Shown here piece by piece: positions 10,116-18,869 of a stretch of 64,000 bases of DNA; within the stretch, counting starts at the first letter, position 1; the number at the start of each line of letters is the position of its first letter. The translations under genes were made by a program, and so were the position numbers. A model generated the notes under the pieces. That model searched no databases and was not told where the DNA came from. It saw nothing but the letters and a program-made list of their open reading frames with translations. The DNA is taken from assembly GCA_001791995.1 (NCBI GenBank), contig MGFR01000001.1:242638-306637 (forward strand), in the 5' to 3' direction. Origin of the DNA: Candidatus Woesebacteria bacterium RBG_13_46_13. GTDB lineage: Bacteria > Patescibacteriota > Microgenomatia > UBA8517.

Positions 10116-11029
10116 TGAAGAAAGGTAACTTCCTCTTCCTGGTTATCCTGAGTTTTATCTTTATCGCCACCTCGGCGTTTGCGATTTCCGGTGGGAAAGA
10201 TATTAGTTTCGGCCAACCTTTAAAGTTTAACTCTCAGAAGTTTTATTCTCCCTTACCTGCCCTAATCGGTAAAGCCCCTTTTCCGATAGTCTCGGCCCAG
10301 GCGGCTCTGGCTATCGATTTGGATTCCGGGATAACTCTTTACGAGAAAGACCCGGACAAAACTCTTCTGCCTGCCTCAACCACCAAGATAGTTACCGCTC
10401 TCGTTGCCCTGGATACCTATCCGGACGATGCGGTTTTGGTAGTTGCCAATCCCAAAGTAGAAGGCCAGAAGATGGGGCTTATCAAAGGAGAAAAGATTAA
10501 AGTGGGGGATTTGCTTTACGGACTATTGGTATACTCCGCCAACGACGCGGCCGAGGTCTTGGCTCAGAATTACCCGGGAGGCAGGGATGCTTTCATCGAG
10601 GGCATGAACGCCAAGGTCCGACAGCTGCACCTGGAACATACCACTTTCAAAAACCCCACCGGACTTGATGGCAACGGGCATCTGACAACCGCCAAGGATT
10701 TAATCAGGGTTGCCTCGGTGGCAATGGAGAACCCGGAATTTGCGCAGATTGTGGGGACAAAGGACATATTGGTCAAAAGCCAGGACGGCAAAATTGCCCA
10801 CCGGTTGACCAACATCAATGAACTCTTGGGTAAGGTCGAGGGAGTCTTAGGGGTAAAGACCGGCTGGACGGAAAACGCCAGAGAGAATCTGGTCACCTAT
10901 ATCGTTCGGGGCAATAAAAGGGTGATGATTGCTCTCTTGGGAAGTCAGGACCGCTTTGGGGAAACCAAGGAGCTTATCGACTGGATTTTTTCCAACTACA
11001 CCTGGGAGCCGGTCAAGTACCCGGTTTAA
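10115..11029 (+). CDS. D-alanyl-D-alanine carboxypeptidase (S11, PBP5-like, low-molecular-weight PBP)
   Basis: 304 aa with signal peptide. SxxK (ASTTK), SxN (YSANDAAE) and KTG (KTGWT) motifs. Confidence 0.85.
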   Translation: MKKGNFLFLVILSFIFIATSAFAISGGKDISFGQPLKFNSQKFYSPLPALIGKAPFPIVSAQAALAIDLDSGITLYEKDPDKTLLPASTTKIVTALVALDTYPDDAVLVVANPKVEGQKMGLIKGEKIKVGDLLYGLLVYSANDAAEVLAQNYPGGRDAFIEGMNAKVRQLHLEHTTFKNPTGLDGNGHLTTAKDLIRVASVAMENPEFAQIVGTKDILVKSQDGKIAHRLTNINELLGKVEGVLGVKTGWTENARENLVTYIVRGNKRVMIALLGSQDRFGETKELIDWIFSNYTWEPVKYPV

Positions 11030-11030
11030 A

Positions 11031-12077
11031 CTATTCTCCGTAGTAATCCGAACTCACCGCCGGCAGATATGCAAAAAAGCCGTTGTCTCCTTCAAAGACC
11101 ACTATCGGCTGGAAAAATTCCGTGTATACTCCCGGGTCGAAATAGGCCAGATAAACCCGCCTGATCTTGACGCTATCGCCTTCTTTGTTCTGGCCGATGG
11201 TGGCAATATACCCCCCGCCCGCATTGAATTCATCCCAGGCGGCCTGAGCCGTTTTAATCGGGTAAGTTGAGGAATTACTCTCATCCACGGAGAAATAGTG
11301 GAATTCCCCGGCAATCATTTGTTTTTCCCTTTCTCTGGCCCCGCTGACAATAAACCAGACATTGGCCTTGGTCGGGTCGGCGGTTAAGCTGGATAGATTG
11401 TCGTAGGTTTTTCTGAAAAAGTAGACTTTAATCAAATCCGACTCCGAAAGGGAAAGGGCCCCAACCAGTTTATCCTCCTGGATTTTCAAAAACTCCGGAC
11501 TGGTGGGTCCGGTTAAGTCCTCGGGCAAAAGATTGGCCGAGGAAAGGTAAGAGCGGACCAAGGAGGCGGCCACTTCTGGTGCCGGAGGCTTTCTTTCCAA
11601 CGGGGAAGGGTCGGTTTTTAAGTCGTAGCTGACAGAAAACACACCGGTCACGATATTCATTTCCAGGGTTGAGGGATTATCCTTGTGCGGGAAACGGTAA
11701 ACGGTTTGGGAGATCTCCTGTTCGCTCGGCAAAAAGCCCAAAGAATTGGCTTTTTCTCTGGCAACCTCCAGAGACAACAGATTGGGGGCAATTTTCGGCA
11801 TGAAAAATACTTTGGCCTGTGTGGGCAGAGTCGGCAGCCCCCCTTCGGGAGTCTCCAAAGAGTAGGTAAGGGCCACCTTCGGCTTTTCCTCAAAAGGCAG
11901 CTTGGGAAGTTTCCCGAAACTCACGGTTGGAGGCGGAGGCGGAGCCGGGAAGAACTTACGATAGACGCTACTGCCTATTCCCCAAAGAATTCTCAGAACT
12001 ACAAGAAAGATAACGAAGAAAATTCCGTAGCGGATAATCCTTCTGGTGGCTATGGCAATCTTGGTTAGAGAGGTCAT
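11031..12077 (-). CDS. hypothetical membrane-anchored protein (proline-rich linker)
   Basis: 348-aa ORF. N-terminal TM, PAPPPPP linker, no recognisable domain. Confidence 0.45.
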   Translation of the reverse strand: MTSLTKIAIATRRIIRYGIFFVIFLVVLRILWGIGSSVYRKFFPAPPPPPTVSFGKLPKLPFEEKPKVALTYSLETPEGGLPTLPTQAKVFFMPKIAPNLLSLEVAREKANSLGFLPSEQEISQTVYRFPHKDNPSTLEMNIVTGVFSVSYDLKTDPSPLERKPPAPEVAASLVRSYLSSANLLPEDLTGPTSPEFLKIQEDKLVGALSLSESDLIKVYFFRKTYDNLSSLTADPTKANVWFIVSGAREREKQMIAGEFHYFSVDESNSSTYPIKTAQAAWDEFNAGGGYIATIGQNKEGDSVKIRRVYLAYFDPGVYTEFFQPIVVFEGDNGFFAYLPAVSSDYYGE

Positions 12078-12163
12078 GCACTTTGAGTATAGCTGTAAGG
12101 TGAAAGGCTATCAATTTTATTTTTTGAATGGCGAATATGGCCAAAAGATTGTAGAATTCAATC

Positions 12164-13468
12164 ATGATTCGAACCCGATTCGCTCCTTCTCCAACAGGTG
12201 CTTTACATATCGGCGGGCTAAGAACCGCTCTTTATTCCTTTGCCCTGGCCAAGCACGATAAAGGGGAGTTTATCTTAAGAATCGAAGACACCGATATTAA
12301 AAGAGAAGTAGAAGGCTCCAAGGAAAGAATTAAAGAAATTCTTAAGCTCTTCGGAATGGACTGGGACGGATATTTTGTCCAATCCGATAGAGCCAGAGAG
12401 GGAATATATAAGAAAGCGGCCGAGGCTCTAGTTGAGGCGGGGCACGCTTTCTATTGCGACTGCAAACCCAGAAACGCCAAAGAAGAAGGTTACTCCAAAG
12501 AATTAAGGGATCCCTGCCGGGATGCGAAAAAGAAAGAAGGGGCGATAAAACTAATGGTTCCGGACGGGGAGCATGTCGGCTTCCGCGATTTCGTGCTGGA
12601 TAAGGAAGTAACCTGGGAAACGTCTACCGTTGCCGATACTACCCTTTTAAAATCGGACGGCTTTCCCACCTACCACCTGGCCGTTGTGGTTGACGATCAC
12701 GATATGGATATTACCCACGTCTTAAGGGGACATGACTGGATGCCCTCAACTCCGGTGCACCTGCTTGTTTATAAATGTCTTGGCTACGAAAAGCCGGAGA
12801 TAGGGCATTTAACCGATATTTTGGATCCCGAAGGGGGAAAGCTTTCCAAGCGCAAGGGAAGCACGTCAGTGGATGGGCTATTAAAAGAAGGATATCTTCC
12901 CGAAGCTGTCTTAAATTTTATCATGCTTTTGGGTTGGGCTCCCAAGGACAACAGAGAACTTTTTAGTCTGGAGGAGTTTGTCAAAGCTTTTGACCACAAA
13001 GGTTTTCAGAAATCGAATCCGGTTTTCAATAAAGAGAAGCTTGATTGGTTTAACGGCGAGTATATCCGCCAAAAATCAGACCCAGAACTATTAGAGGCGT
13101 TTAAACCTTTTATTCCTGAAGGGGCAGATGCAGAGAAAGTAAAAAAAGTTATTCCTCTTATCAAGGACAGGATAAAAACACTTGCGGATTTTAAAACCAT
13201 GGCTGGTTTTCTTTTTGAGGTAAAAACTGTAGATCCGACACAGTTCGGTGAAAACCACAAAATCCATTTACAAAAGGCAGCCCAGGCGATCGCAGGAAGT
13301 AGCGATCTCATGAAAGTTGTTGAAGAAAATAAATTCAAAACCGGAGATTTCTTTATGGACTTAAGGATTGCAATTGCGGGAAGCAGAGTTACCCCTCCGA
13401 TTACCGATTCGATTGCGATATTGGGGAAAGAAGAAACGCTTGCTAGACTAAAAAAGTTTACCGATTAA
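12164..13468 (+). CDS. gltX: glutamyl-tRNA synthetase
   Basis: 434 aa. HIGH-region RFAPSPTGALHIGG and KMSKS variant KLSKRKG. Confidence 0.9.
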   Translation: MIRTRFAPSPTGALHIGGLRTALYSFALAKHDKGEFILRIEDTDIKREVEGSKERIKEILKLFGMDWDGYFVQSDRAREGIYKKAAEALVEAGHAFYCDCKPRNAKEEGYSKELRDPCRDAKKKEGAIKLMVPDGEHVGFRDFVLDKEVTWETSTVADTTLLKSDGFPTYHLAVVVDDHDMDITHVLRGHDWMPSTPVHLLVYKCLGYEKPEIGHLTDILDPEGGKLSKRKGSTSVDGLLKEGYLPEAVLNFIMLLGWAPKDNRELFSLEEFVKAFDHKGFQKSNPVFNKEKLDWFNGEYIRQKSDPELLEAFKPFIPEGADAEKVKKVIPLIKDRIKTLADFKTMAGFLFEVKTVDPTQFGENHKIHLQKAAQAIAGSSDLMKVVEENKFKTGDFFMDLRIAIAGSRVTPPITDSIAILGKEETLARLKKFTD

Positions 13469-13471
13469 AAC

Positions 13472-14440
13472 ATGGGAGGAAAACTGCCGACTCAAACATA
13501 CCAGGGGATTGCCCGTGATAAGGTTGATTTTGATTATCTCCGCAACCACCTGAAGGTCAAACACCTAGAGGCTAAAAACGCCTTCTCCAAAAAGTACCCG
13601 CATGTCGAGAAGTTCCTCAAAGAAAAAGGCCTAGACGTCGGCAAAATCAGAGAACACTCCGCAAAGATAATCGGAGCCGGAGCCTTAACGGGCACTCTTC
13701 TTCTGACCCCTCCGACGGGAACAAAATCCCTACCCCCTCCGCAGGAGGTGTTGGAGAAGGTCAGAGAAAAAGCCTCGGCCGCGGGTCTTCCGCAGAAGAT
13801 TTTGGTGGATAGCTTAGCCGCAGTGCTGCCGGAAAAAACCAGGCCTTTGGATAGAAGCGAGGAAAAATACTTGGAGAGGATATTTGAAGATATTTTGGGA
13901 ATAAAGGCAAAAGCCAATCTGGAAGGGGAACATTTAAATACAAGTTATGGATTGATAGGAGCAGAGCAGCATCTTAAAAGATATCCGGGAGATGTGATAG
14001 GGAACCACGCCCCATATCTAAAGGAAGGTATCGCCCCAGGGCTTGGGGCTTGGGGCTATTTTGCCCGCTCCAGGGCGGATATTTCTCCTTCTCTGGAAGA
14101 AACCGAAAAGTGGTATGCGGTTGTGCAGACCCTGTATCTGCCCGATTGGAGTAGCCGCCAGCCATATCTGCGGGATTGGTACAAATATCGCAAAGTTTTG
14201 ATTGTAAATACCGATAACGGCAATGCGGTTATTGCGGCCATCGCCGATTCCGGCCCGGCGGCCTGGACGGGGAAGCATTTCGGTGGCAGCCCGGAGGTGA
14301 TGGAATATTTGGGAGGTCCGCGTTACAAAAAAGGTCCGGTAGTTCTTTTCTTTGTCGATGACCCCCAGAATAAAGTTCCTTTGGGGCCGGTGGAATATAA
14401 TAAAGTAAACCTGCCGCAGTTGGCTTTGGTAGAAACCTAA
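13472..14440 (+). CDS. RlpA-like double-psi beta-barrel domain protein (septal-ring lytic transglycosylase-like), membrane-anchored
   Basis: 322 aa with TM near residue 65. The C-terminus VLIVNTDNGNAVIAAIADSGPAAWTGKHFGGSPEVMEYLG matches the RlpA DPBB signature (V.V.N..NG.SV.VRINDRGP). Confidence 0.6.
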   Translation: MGGKLPTQTYQGIARDKVDFDYLRNHLKVKHLEAKNAFSKKYPHVEKFLKEKGLDVGKIREHSAKIIGAGALTGTLLLTPPTGTKSLPPPQEVLEKVREKASAAGLPQKILVDSLAAVLPEKTRPLDRSEEKYLERIFEDILGIKAKANLEGEHLNTSYGLIGAEQHLKRYPGDVIGNHAPYLKEGIAPGLGAWGYFARSRADISPSLEETEKWYAVVQTLYLPDWSSRQPYLRDWYKYRKVLIVNTDNGNAVIAAIADSGPAAWTGKHFGGSPEVMEYLGGPRYKKGPVVLFFVDDPQNKVPLGPVEYNKVNLPQLALVET

Positions 14441-14442
14441 TA

Positions 14443-14772
14443 ATGAGCAAACTATTTTTCGATCAGCTTTTGGTTCTTGATGAGGTTGAGGGAGAAATCA
14501 AAAAAATCGCCAAAACCCGGGAAGAGAAAGAAGAGCTTTGGGGATTGGTTGATGAAATGGTTCACCACCGGGTTTTGGGCTGTGTTTTAGATAAGCTTCC
14601 CCGCGAAAACCACGAGGAGTTTTTGGAAAGGTTCCACGCCGCTCCCCAGGATGAATCCCTCTTGGACTACCTAAAGGAAAAAATCGGAGACAATATTGAT
14701 GAGCTGATAAGGCAGGAAATAGGAGATTTGGCTTTCGAACTTCTTGAGGATATCAGGGCCGAGAAGAAGTAA
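14443..14772 (+). CDS. hypothetical small acidic protein
   Basis: 109-aa ORF translationally coupled to the upstream gene. No recognisable domain. Confidence 0.4.
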   Translation: MSKLFFDQLLVLDEVEGEIKKIAKTREEKEELWGLVDEMVHHRVLGCVLDKLPRENHEEFLERFHAAPQDESLLDYLKEKIGDNIDELIRQEIGDLAFELLEDIRAEKK

Positions 14773-15307
14773 TTCTGACCACAATATCCCTCCGCGCCCT
14801 TCCTTTTTGGTCCGTGTCCAAGCCGTAGCCTTCGACCCAAAGATTAGGTATTTCAATACCGAGATAATCAACTGGGACTTTTACCTCTCTGGCATCGCTT
14901 TTGGAGAGCAGGGCGCAGGTTTTTAAAGACTTGGGCCCTCTGGCGTCTATCATGCGCAATAAGGTGTTGAGCGAATAGCCGGTATCCACGATATCCTCAA
15001 CCAGTATTACATTCTTGCCCCGAATGGGGGTTCTGACGTCAAGATTGATAATCGGTTCGCGGGAAGATTTGGTGCCGGAGCCATAACTGGAAAGACTTAT
15101 GTAGTCTATTTCCACATTCGGATTTCTTATTGCCCGTGCCAAATCAACCAGGAAGAAGGTTGCGCCTCTTAAAACCCCGACCAAAACCAGGGATTCTTCC
15201 CCTTCGTAGTCTGCGTCTATCTGTTGGGCCATCTCCGCAATGCGGGTGGATATCTGCTCGCTGGTTAATAAGGTTTCGTAGCGGACGTTTGAGGGTTTTT
15301 CTTTCAC
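14753..15307 (-). CDS. hpt: hypoxanthine-guanine phosphoribosyltransferase
   Basis: 184 aa. PRPP-binding motif VILVEDIVDTGYSL and overall HPRT fold pattern. Confidence 0.88.
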   Translation of the reverse strand: MKEKPSNVRYETLLTSEQISTRIAEMAQQIDADYEGEESLVLVGVLRGATFFLVDLARAIRNPNVEIDYISLSSYGSGTKSSREPIINLDVRTPIRGKNVILVEDIVDTGYSLNTLLRMIDARGPKSLKTCALLSKSDAREVKVPVDYLGIEIPNLWVEGYGLDTDQKGRARRDIVVRITSSRP

Positions 15308-15344
15308 AAAAGAAGATATATCACAGAGCTGTATAATTGAAAAG

Positions 15345-15650
15345 ATGGATAAAAATTATGGAGGAGTAATCTGGACTAACCACGCCCTGGATAAGATGCG
15401 CCAGAGGGGTATGTCCCAATCGGATGCTTGGGCGACTTGGAGGAATCCCCAGCAGTCAAGAAAGGCAAATACACCTGGGGCCTGGGTTTACTATCGTACT
15501 TACGCAAACGAGAAAGTTGAAGTCGTCGCCAAGAAAAACGAAAAAGGGCAGTGGCTCATCCTTTCGGTCTGGAGTAGGCCGGTTTCTGGGGAAAAGCCTA
15601 AGAGCGAATCTTTCCTGAAGTTTTTCTTCCGCAAGCTCTTCCGTGGTTAA
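15345..15650 (+). CDS. DUF4258-like small protein (putative toxin-like)
   Basis: 101 aa. The N-terminus WTNHALDKMRQRGMSQSDAWATWRNP resembles the DUF4258 pattern H...M.ERGIS..EV. Confidence 0.4.
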   Translation: MDKNYGGVIWTNHALDKMRQRGMSQSDAWATWRNPQQSRKANTPGAWVYYRTYANEKVEVVAKKNEKGQWLILSVWSRPVSGEKPKSESFLKFFFRKLFRG

Positions 15651-15784
15651 CCTTTTCGGTGCTTGAAAAACTCAACCTGTCTTAAGCGCTTGAGAGCTTC
15701 TGTCCGTGTTTTGTACGGCCCACCCAGATTTCTTCTGGTCTTTTCCGAAAGAACAAAATAGCCCGCCTTTTTCTTGACGATCAT
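15647..15784 (-). CDS. possible unannotated 45-aa basic ORF convergent with the DUF4258-like gene
   Basis: ATG at 15784 to TAA at 15647-15649, translating to MIVKKKAGYFVLSEKTRRNLGGPYKTRTEALKRLRQVEFFKHRKG. No clear SD. Its stop shares the GGTTAACC palindrome with the DUF4258-like gene stop. Confidence 0.2.
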   Translation of the reverse strand: MIVKKKAGYFVLSEKTRRNLGGPYKTRTEALKRLRQVEFFKHRKG

Positions 15785-15822
15785 GGTTTGATTTTAGCAA
15801 AAAAGGTGTAAGATATTTACTT

Positions 15823-16248
15823 ATGGCAAACAAGAAATACGTAACCCTTTTACTTTTAGCTTTCGGATTCTTCGTCTTCGGAGGGATTTTCTACTCAAAG
15901 TTTATAAAAGGGAATAATAGCCAAAATACGGTTAGCCCAACGCCTACCCAGCAAGTTCAGGGCGAAACAGCTAGCGTTAAAGAATTCACTGTAGACGGCA
16001 CCAACTTTGCCTTTAACCCCAGTGAGATCAGGGTCAAGAAGGGGGACACCGTCAGGATTATTTTCAAAGACGATGACGGTCAGCATAATCTGGTTATCGA
16101 CGGTTATAACGTTTCCACTGACCTTATCGGTCCGGGTAGCCAGGATACGATTGAATTTGTAGCCGATACGGTCGGGGAGTTTGAATACTACTGTTCGGTC
16201 GGAAGCCACAGGGAACTCGGAATGAGCGGAAAACTGGTAGTCGAATAG
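15823..16248 (+). CDS. cupredoxin (plastocyanin/azurin-like blue-copper) domain protein, membrane-anchored
   Basis: 141 aa with N-terminal TM. Type-1 copper ligand pattern H (HNLVIDG) ... YYCSVGSHRELGM (C-x3-H-x4-M). Confidence 0.65.
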   Translation: MANKKYVTLLLLAFGFFVFGGIFYSKFIKGNNSQNTVSPTPTQQVQGETASVKEFTVDGTNFAFNPSEIRVKKGDTVRIIFKDDDGQHNLVIDGYNVSTDLIGPGSQDTIEFVADTVGEFEYYCSVGSHRELGMSGKLVVE

Positions 16249-16254
16249 ACGAAG

Positions 16255-16476
16255 CTAAAGATTCAAAAGTCCGAGGACTCGGTAGATCAGAATAGCCGGC
16301 CAAACCAAAGCCTTCAGGATGCCCAAAAGCCCCTCCGAAAAGGTAGTTGCCTGTTGCAGAAAATAGACCAAGGCGCCGATTAAGCCCAGACCATAGACTG
16401 CCCCCGAGCTTGAGTTACATTTCATTTCTTTCCACTTTTTAATCATATGATTATTCCCCAACGACTGTGGTTCCAC
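16255..16476 (-). CDS. hypothetical small membrane protein
   Basis: 73-aa ORF with two predicted TM helices (GLGLIGALVYFL, LVWPAILIYRVLGLL). Confidence 0.3.
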   Translation of the reverse strand: MEPQSLGNNHMIKKWKEMKCNSSSGAVYGLGLIGALVYFLQQATTFSEGLLGILKALVWPAILIYRVLGLLNL

Positions 16477-17212
16477 CTCCTTCTCCTCCAGAGGATGTAC
16501 CTGGAGCCGTACCAGGATTACCGCCTTCTATGGTTGTTCCGCCGCCCGAGTCACCCCCACCTTCAATTACTGTATTCTGAATGTCAGACCCACCACTTCC
16601 GCCGGCAGAGGTTCCGGGCGCAAACTGCATGGTGCCACCCTCGATAACCACTCCCGCTTCTCCTCCCGGTCCGGTTCCCGGTGCCCAGACATGCTCCACT
16701 TTCTGGAAGAATTCGGTTTGCCCCTCGGTTCCGTTAACCTCAACAATTCTTTCTGCCACCTGATTTACAACCTGTTCCTGAACTTCGATGACGTTTCCTT
16801 TCTCACCCTCGTCAATCTCATTCTTTATTTCCTCCATGGTCTTTTGTTGTTCTATCGTTCTTTCCGCAACCGACTCCAAAGTCTCCCCGTCATCGGTTTT
16901 CCCCAATAAGTTATTTTGTTTTTCTTTAATCTCAAGGTAATTCTGCAAAAGATCTTTCATCTTCTCGTTATTTCCCTCTTGAGCATAACCCTGGGCCAGA
17001 GACAGTCTTTTTTCGGCATGTTTTTCCAAGACCCCCACTTTTCTCTCCAGGCTGAAGGCGAAGAAATATTCAATTCCTTCCTGGATCTTCACTACAATCG
17101 AGTTCTCTGAAGTTAACGCCTGTTGTAAATCAATTGCTTTTGAAGATTTTGGGAGAAAAAGACCGAAGAAGAAGAAAACCAAAACCAGGAGCAATATTCT
17201 CTTAATACCCAT
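16451..17212 (-). CDS. secreted coiled-coil protein with Gly/Ser/Thr-rich C-terminal repeats
   Basis: 253 aa. Signal peptide, long heptad-like region, C-terminal GG(x)GG repeats (GGSGGSD...GGGDSGGGTTIEGG). Confidence 0.5.
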   Translation of the reverse strand: MGIKRILLLVLVFFFFGLFLPKSSKAIDLQQALTSENSIVVKIQEGIEYFFAFSLERKVGVLEKHAEKRLSLAQGYAQEGNNEKMKDLLQNYLEIKEKQNNLLGKTDDGETLESVAERTIEQQKTMEEIKNEIDEGEKGNVIEVQEQVVNQVAERIVEVNGTEGQTEFFQKVEHVWAPGTGPGGEAGVVIEGGTMQFAPGTSAGGSGGSDIQNTVIEGGGDSGGGTTIEGGNPGTAPGTSSGGEGGGTTVVGE

Positions 17213-17344
17213 CTAAGGTAATGATATATCAGCGATACTCAACAAATCAATAAATTACAATTGAGTTATACTTTCGGAGTGCCCGTTTGGCTGAGTATAC
17301 CTGCCCAAAAACATATTTTGTCGTAAAAGTAGTATAAATAAAGT

Positions 17345-17821
17345 ATGGGCATTAACTCCAAAATTGCCAAAGTCCCTTTTTTTGTTCTTTACCTGATACT
17401 TATAACCTTTACCTCATTTAATTGGGTTAGAGTTATCCTGTCCCAAAGTAGCTTTGAATCTTTTCGATCTCTACAACCATGGGATTATTATTTATCCAAT
17501 TTCTTTGCAACTAATTTCGGAATTTCCCAAAAACAATATTTCATTTTTGCTTTCCCCATAATCCTTCTGGGTCTGTATTTTATTCCCAAACTTGTCGGTA
17601 AATTAATGGGTCTGGACAAAAAAACCAACGTCAAAGGAGATAATCATGTTGCCATACTGCTGATTCTTCTTGTCGCACCTTCTACTTTGGGTTTACATAA
17701 ACTTTTTGCGGCAAACTGGAAAAGCTACCTCATGCCAGGAATCATTCTGATAGCTATATTTTCCATCTGGTCATGGTTAGATGAAAAAAAATACAAGACC
17801 AGAGAGAAAAATACCCTATAA
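17345..17821 (+). CDS. hypothetical polytopic membrane protein
   Basis: 158 aa with about four TM helices. AT-rich composition; first gene of the AT-rich block. Confidence 0.5.
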   Translation: MGINSKIAKVPFFVLYLILITFTSFNWVRVILSQSSFESFRSLQPWDYYLSNFFATNFGISQKQYFIFAFPIILLGLYFIPKLVGKLMGLDKKTNVKGDNHVAILLILLVAPSTLGLHKLFAANWKSYLMPGIILIAIFSIWSWLDEKKYKTREKNTL

Positions 17822-17827
17822 ATTGCT

Positions 17828-18502
17828 GTGGCAAATATAGACAATAAAGCAACAAAAGAAATTGGATTAAAGACGGTCTTTACCTTTATCCTAAACGGTT
17901 TATTTTCAGCCTTTTTTGTCACCTCCGGAGTCATAAATTTTAAGGAAAAGAAAATTATTGTCGGTCTTCTATATTTTGTATTGGCTGCTCTTGCCCTTTT
18001 ACCCCACAGATTTTTGAAGGTTACCCAGGCTTTAAAAATAGTTATTCTTATTATTCTTTTTGTCATACTGGCGGGAGTAGCTGCACAAGGTAATCCCATC
18101 GCGGAGCAGAAGTATGAATACTATAAAGTAGGGCAGGAATTTAACTTAAAATTCGGAGACAACACCTTCGCAACGACGGTCCGTAATGTTTCACAGGAAA
18201 CCAAGATAATAGCTCAAGGAAAAGAAGCAACCACATCTGGTCTTTTTCTTGTAGTTAAGGTGGATATTGTTAATCTTGGATCGGAATCGCTTGATTTTAT
18301 TACAGGAAAGGATCCTGAGTTAAAAGACAACCAGAAAAGAGTCTATGCTCTTTACGGGGCAGATATTCCCCAGGGAAAACTACAACCCAGCGTTGCCAAG
18401 AGAGTGTCGTATGTTTTTGAAATTCCCAAAGATTCAAAAGGATTAAGTTTTATTTTCAAAGACAAAACCGATATTGCCAAATCCGTAGATTTGGGGAGGT
18501 AA
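17828..18502 (+). CDS. membrane protein with C-terminal DUF4352-like beta-sandwich domain
   Basis: 224 aa. Three N-terminal TM helices, C-terminal LFLVVKVDIVNLGSESLDF...YVFEIPKD consistent with DUF4352. Confidence 0.45.
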   Translation: MANIDNKATKEIGLKTVFTFILNGLFSAFFVTSGVINFKEKKIIVGLLYFVLAALALLPHRFLKVTQALKIVILIILFVILAGVAAQGNPIAEQKYEYYKVGQEFNLKFGDNTFATTVRNVSQETKIIAQGKEATTSGLFLVVKVDIVNLGSESLDFITGKDPELKDNQKRVYALYGADIPQGKLQPSVAKRVSYVFEIPKDSKGLSFIFKDKTDIAKSVDLGR

Positions 18503-18513
18503 TTTTAGATCAA

Positions 18514-18801
18514 TCATTTCCCCCTTGGAGCCTTCTGATTGGAAAGGGTAGACTTGGAATTAACCAAGGCCTCCTTTTTTGCTTTAGTCCAACTTTTTAG
18601 TTGAATTTCCCTAGTCACAGCTTCTTTCCTAGTTTGGTACTTCTCGGAATAAACGAGGGCAAAAGATGAAAAATAGCGAAGATATTTAGCTGATTTTAAC
18701 GAACTTTTCCGGTGTTCTTTAAGCCTCTTTTCCAGATTGTTTGTTTGGCCGACATAAAGGGTATTTGAGGATGTGCGGAGGATATATATAAAGAAAGGCA
18801 T
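18514..18801 (-). CDS. GIY-YIG nuclease-superfamily small protein (UPF0213/YhbQ-like)
   Basis: 95 aa. FFIYILRTSSNTLYVGQTNNLEKRLKEH is the GIY-YIG signature. Confidence 0.8.
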   Translation of the reverse strand: MPFFIYILRTSSNTLYVGQTNNLEKRLKEHRKSSLKSAKYLRYFSSFALVYSEKYQTRKEAVTREIQLKSWTKAKKEALVNSKSTLSNQKAPRGK

Positions 18802-18869
18802 TGGCTGAGCATACGGGTCTGGACCCTTATAGACCCATTAGTACTGTATCATTCTATTGACGTTTCTTG

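Noticed and set aside
12124-12157. Possible promoter TTGAAT ... TAGAAT upstream of gltX
   Set aside because: The spacer is about 22 nt, too long for a sigma70 promoter. Not reported as a feature.
17270-17320. Weak inverted repeat TTTGGC...GCCCAAA upstream of the first island gene
   Set aside because: The stem is imperfect and short, with no adjacent T-tract. Mentioned only as part of the repeated-motif finding.
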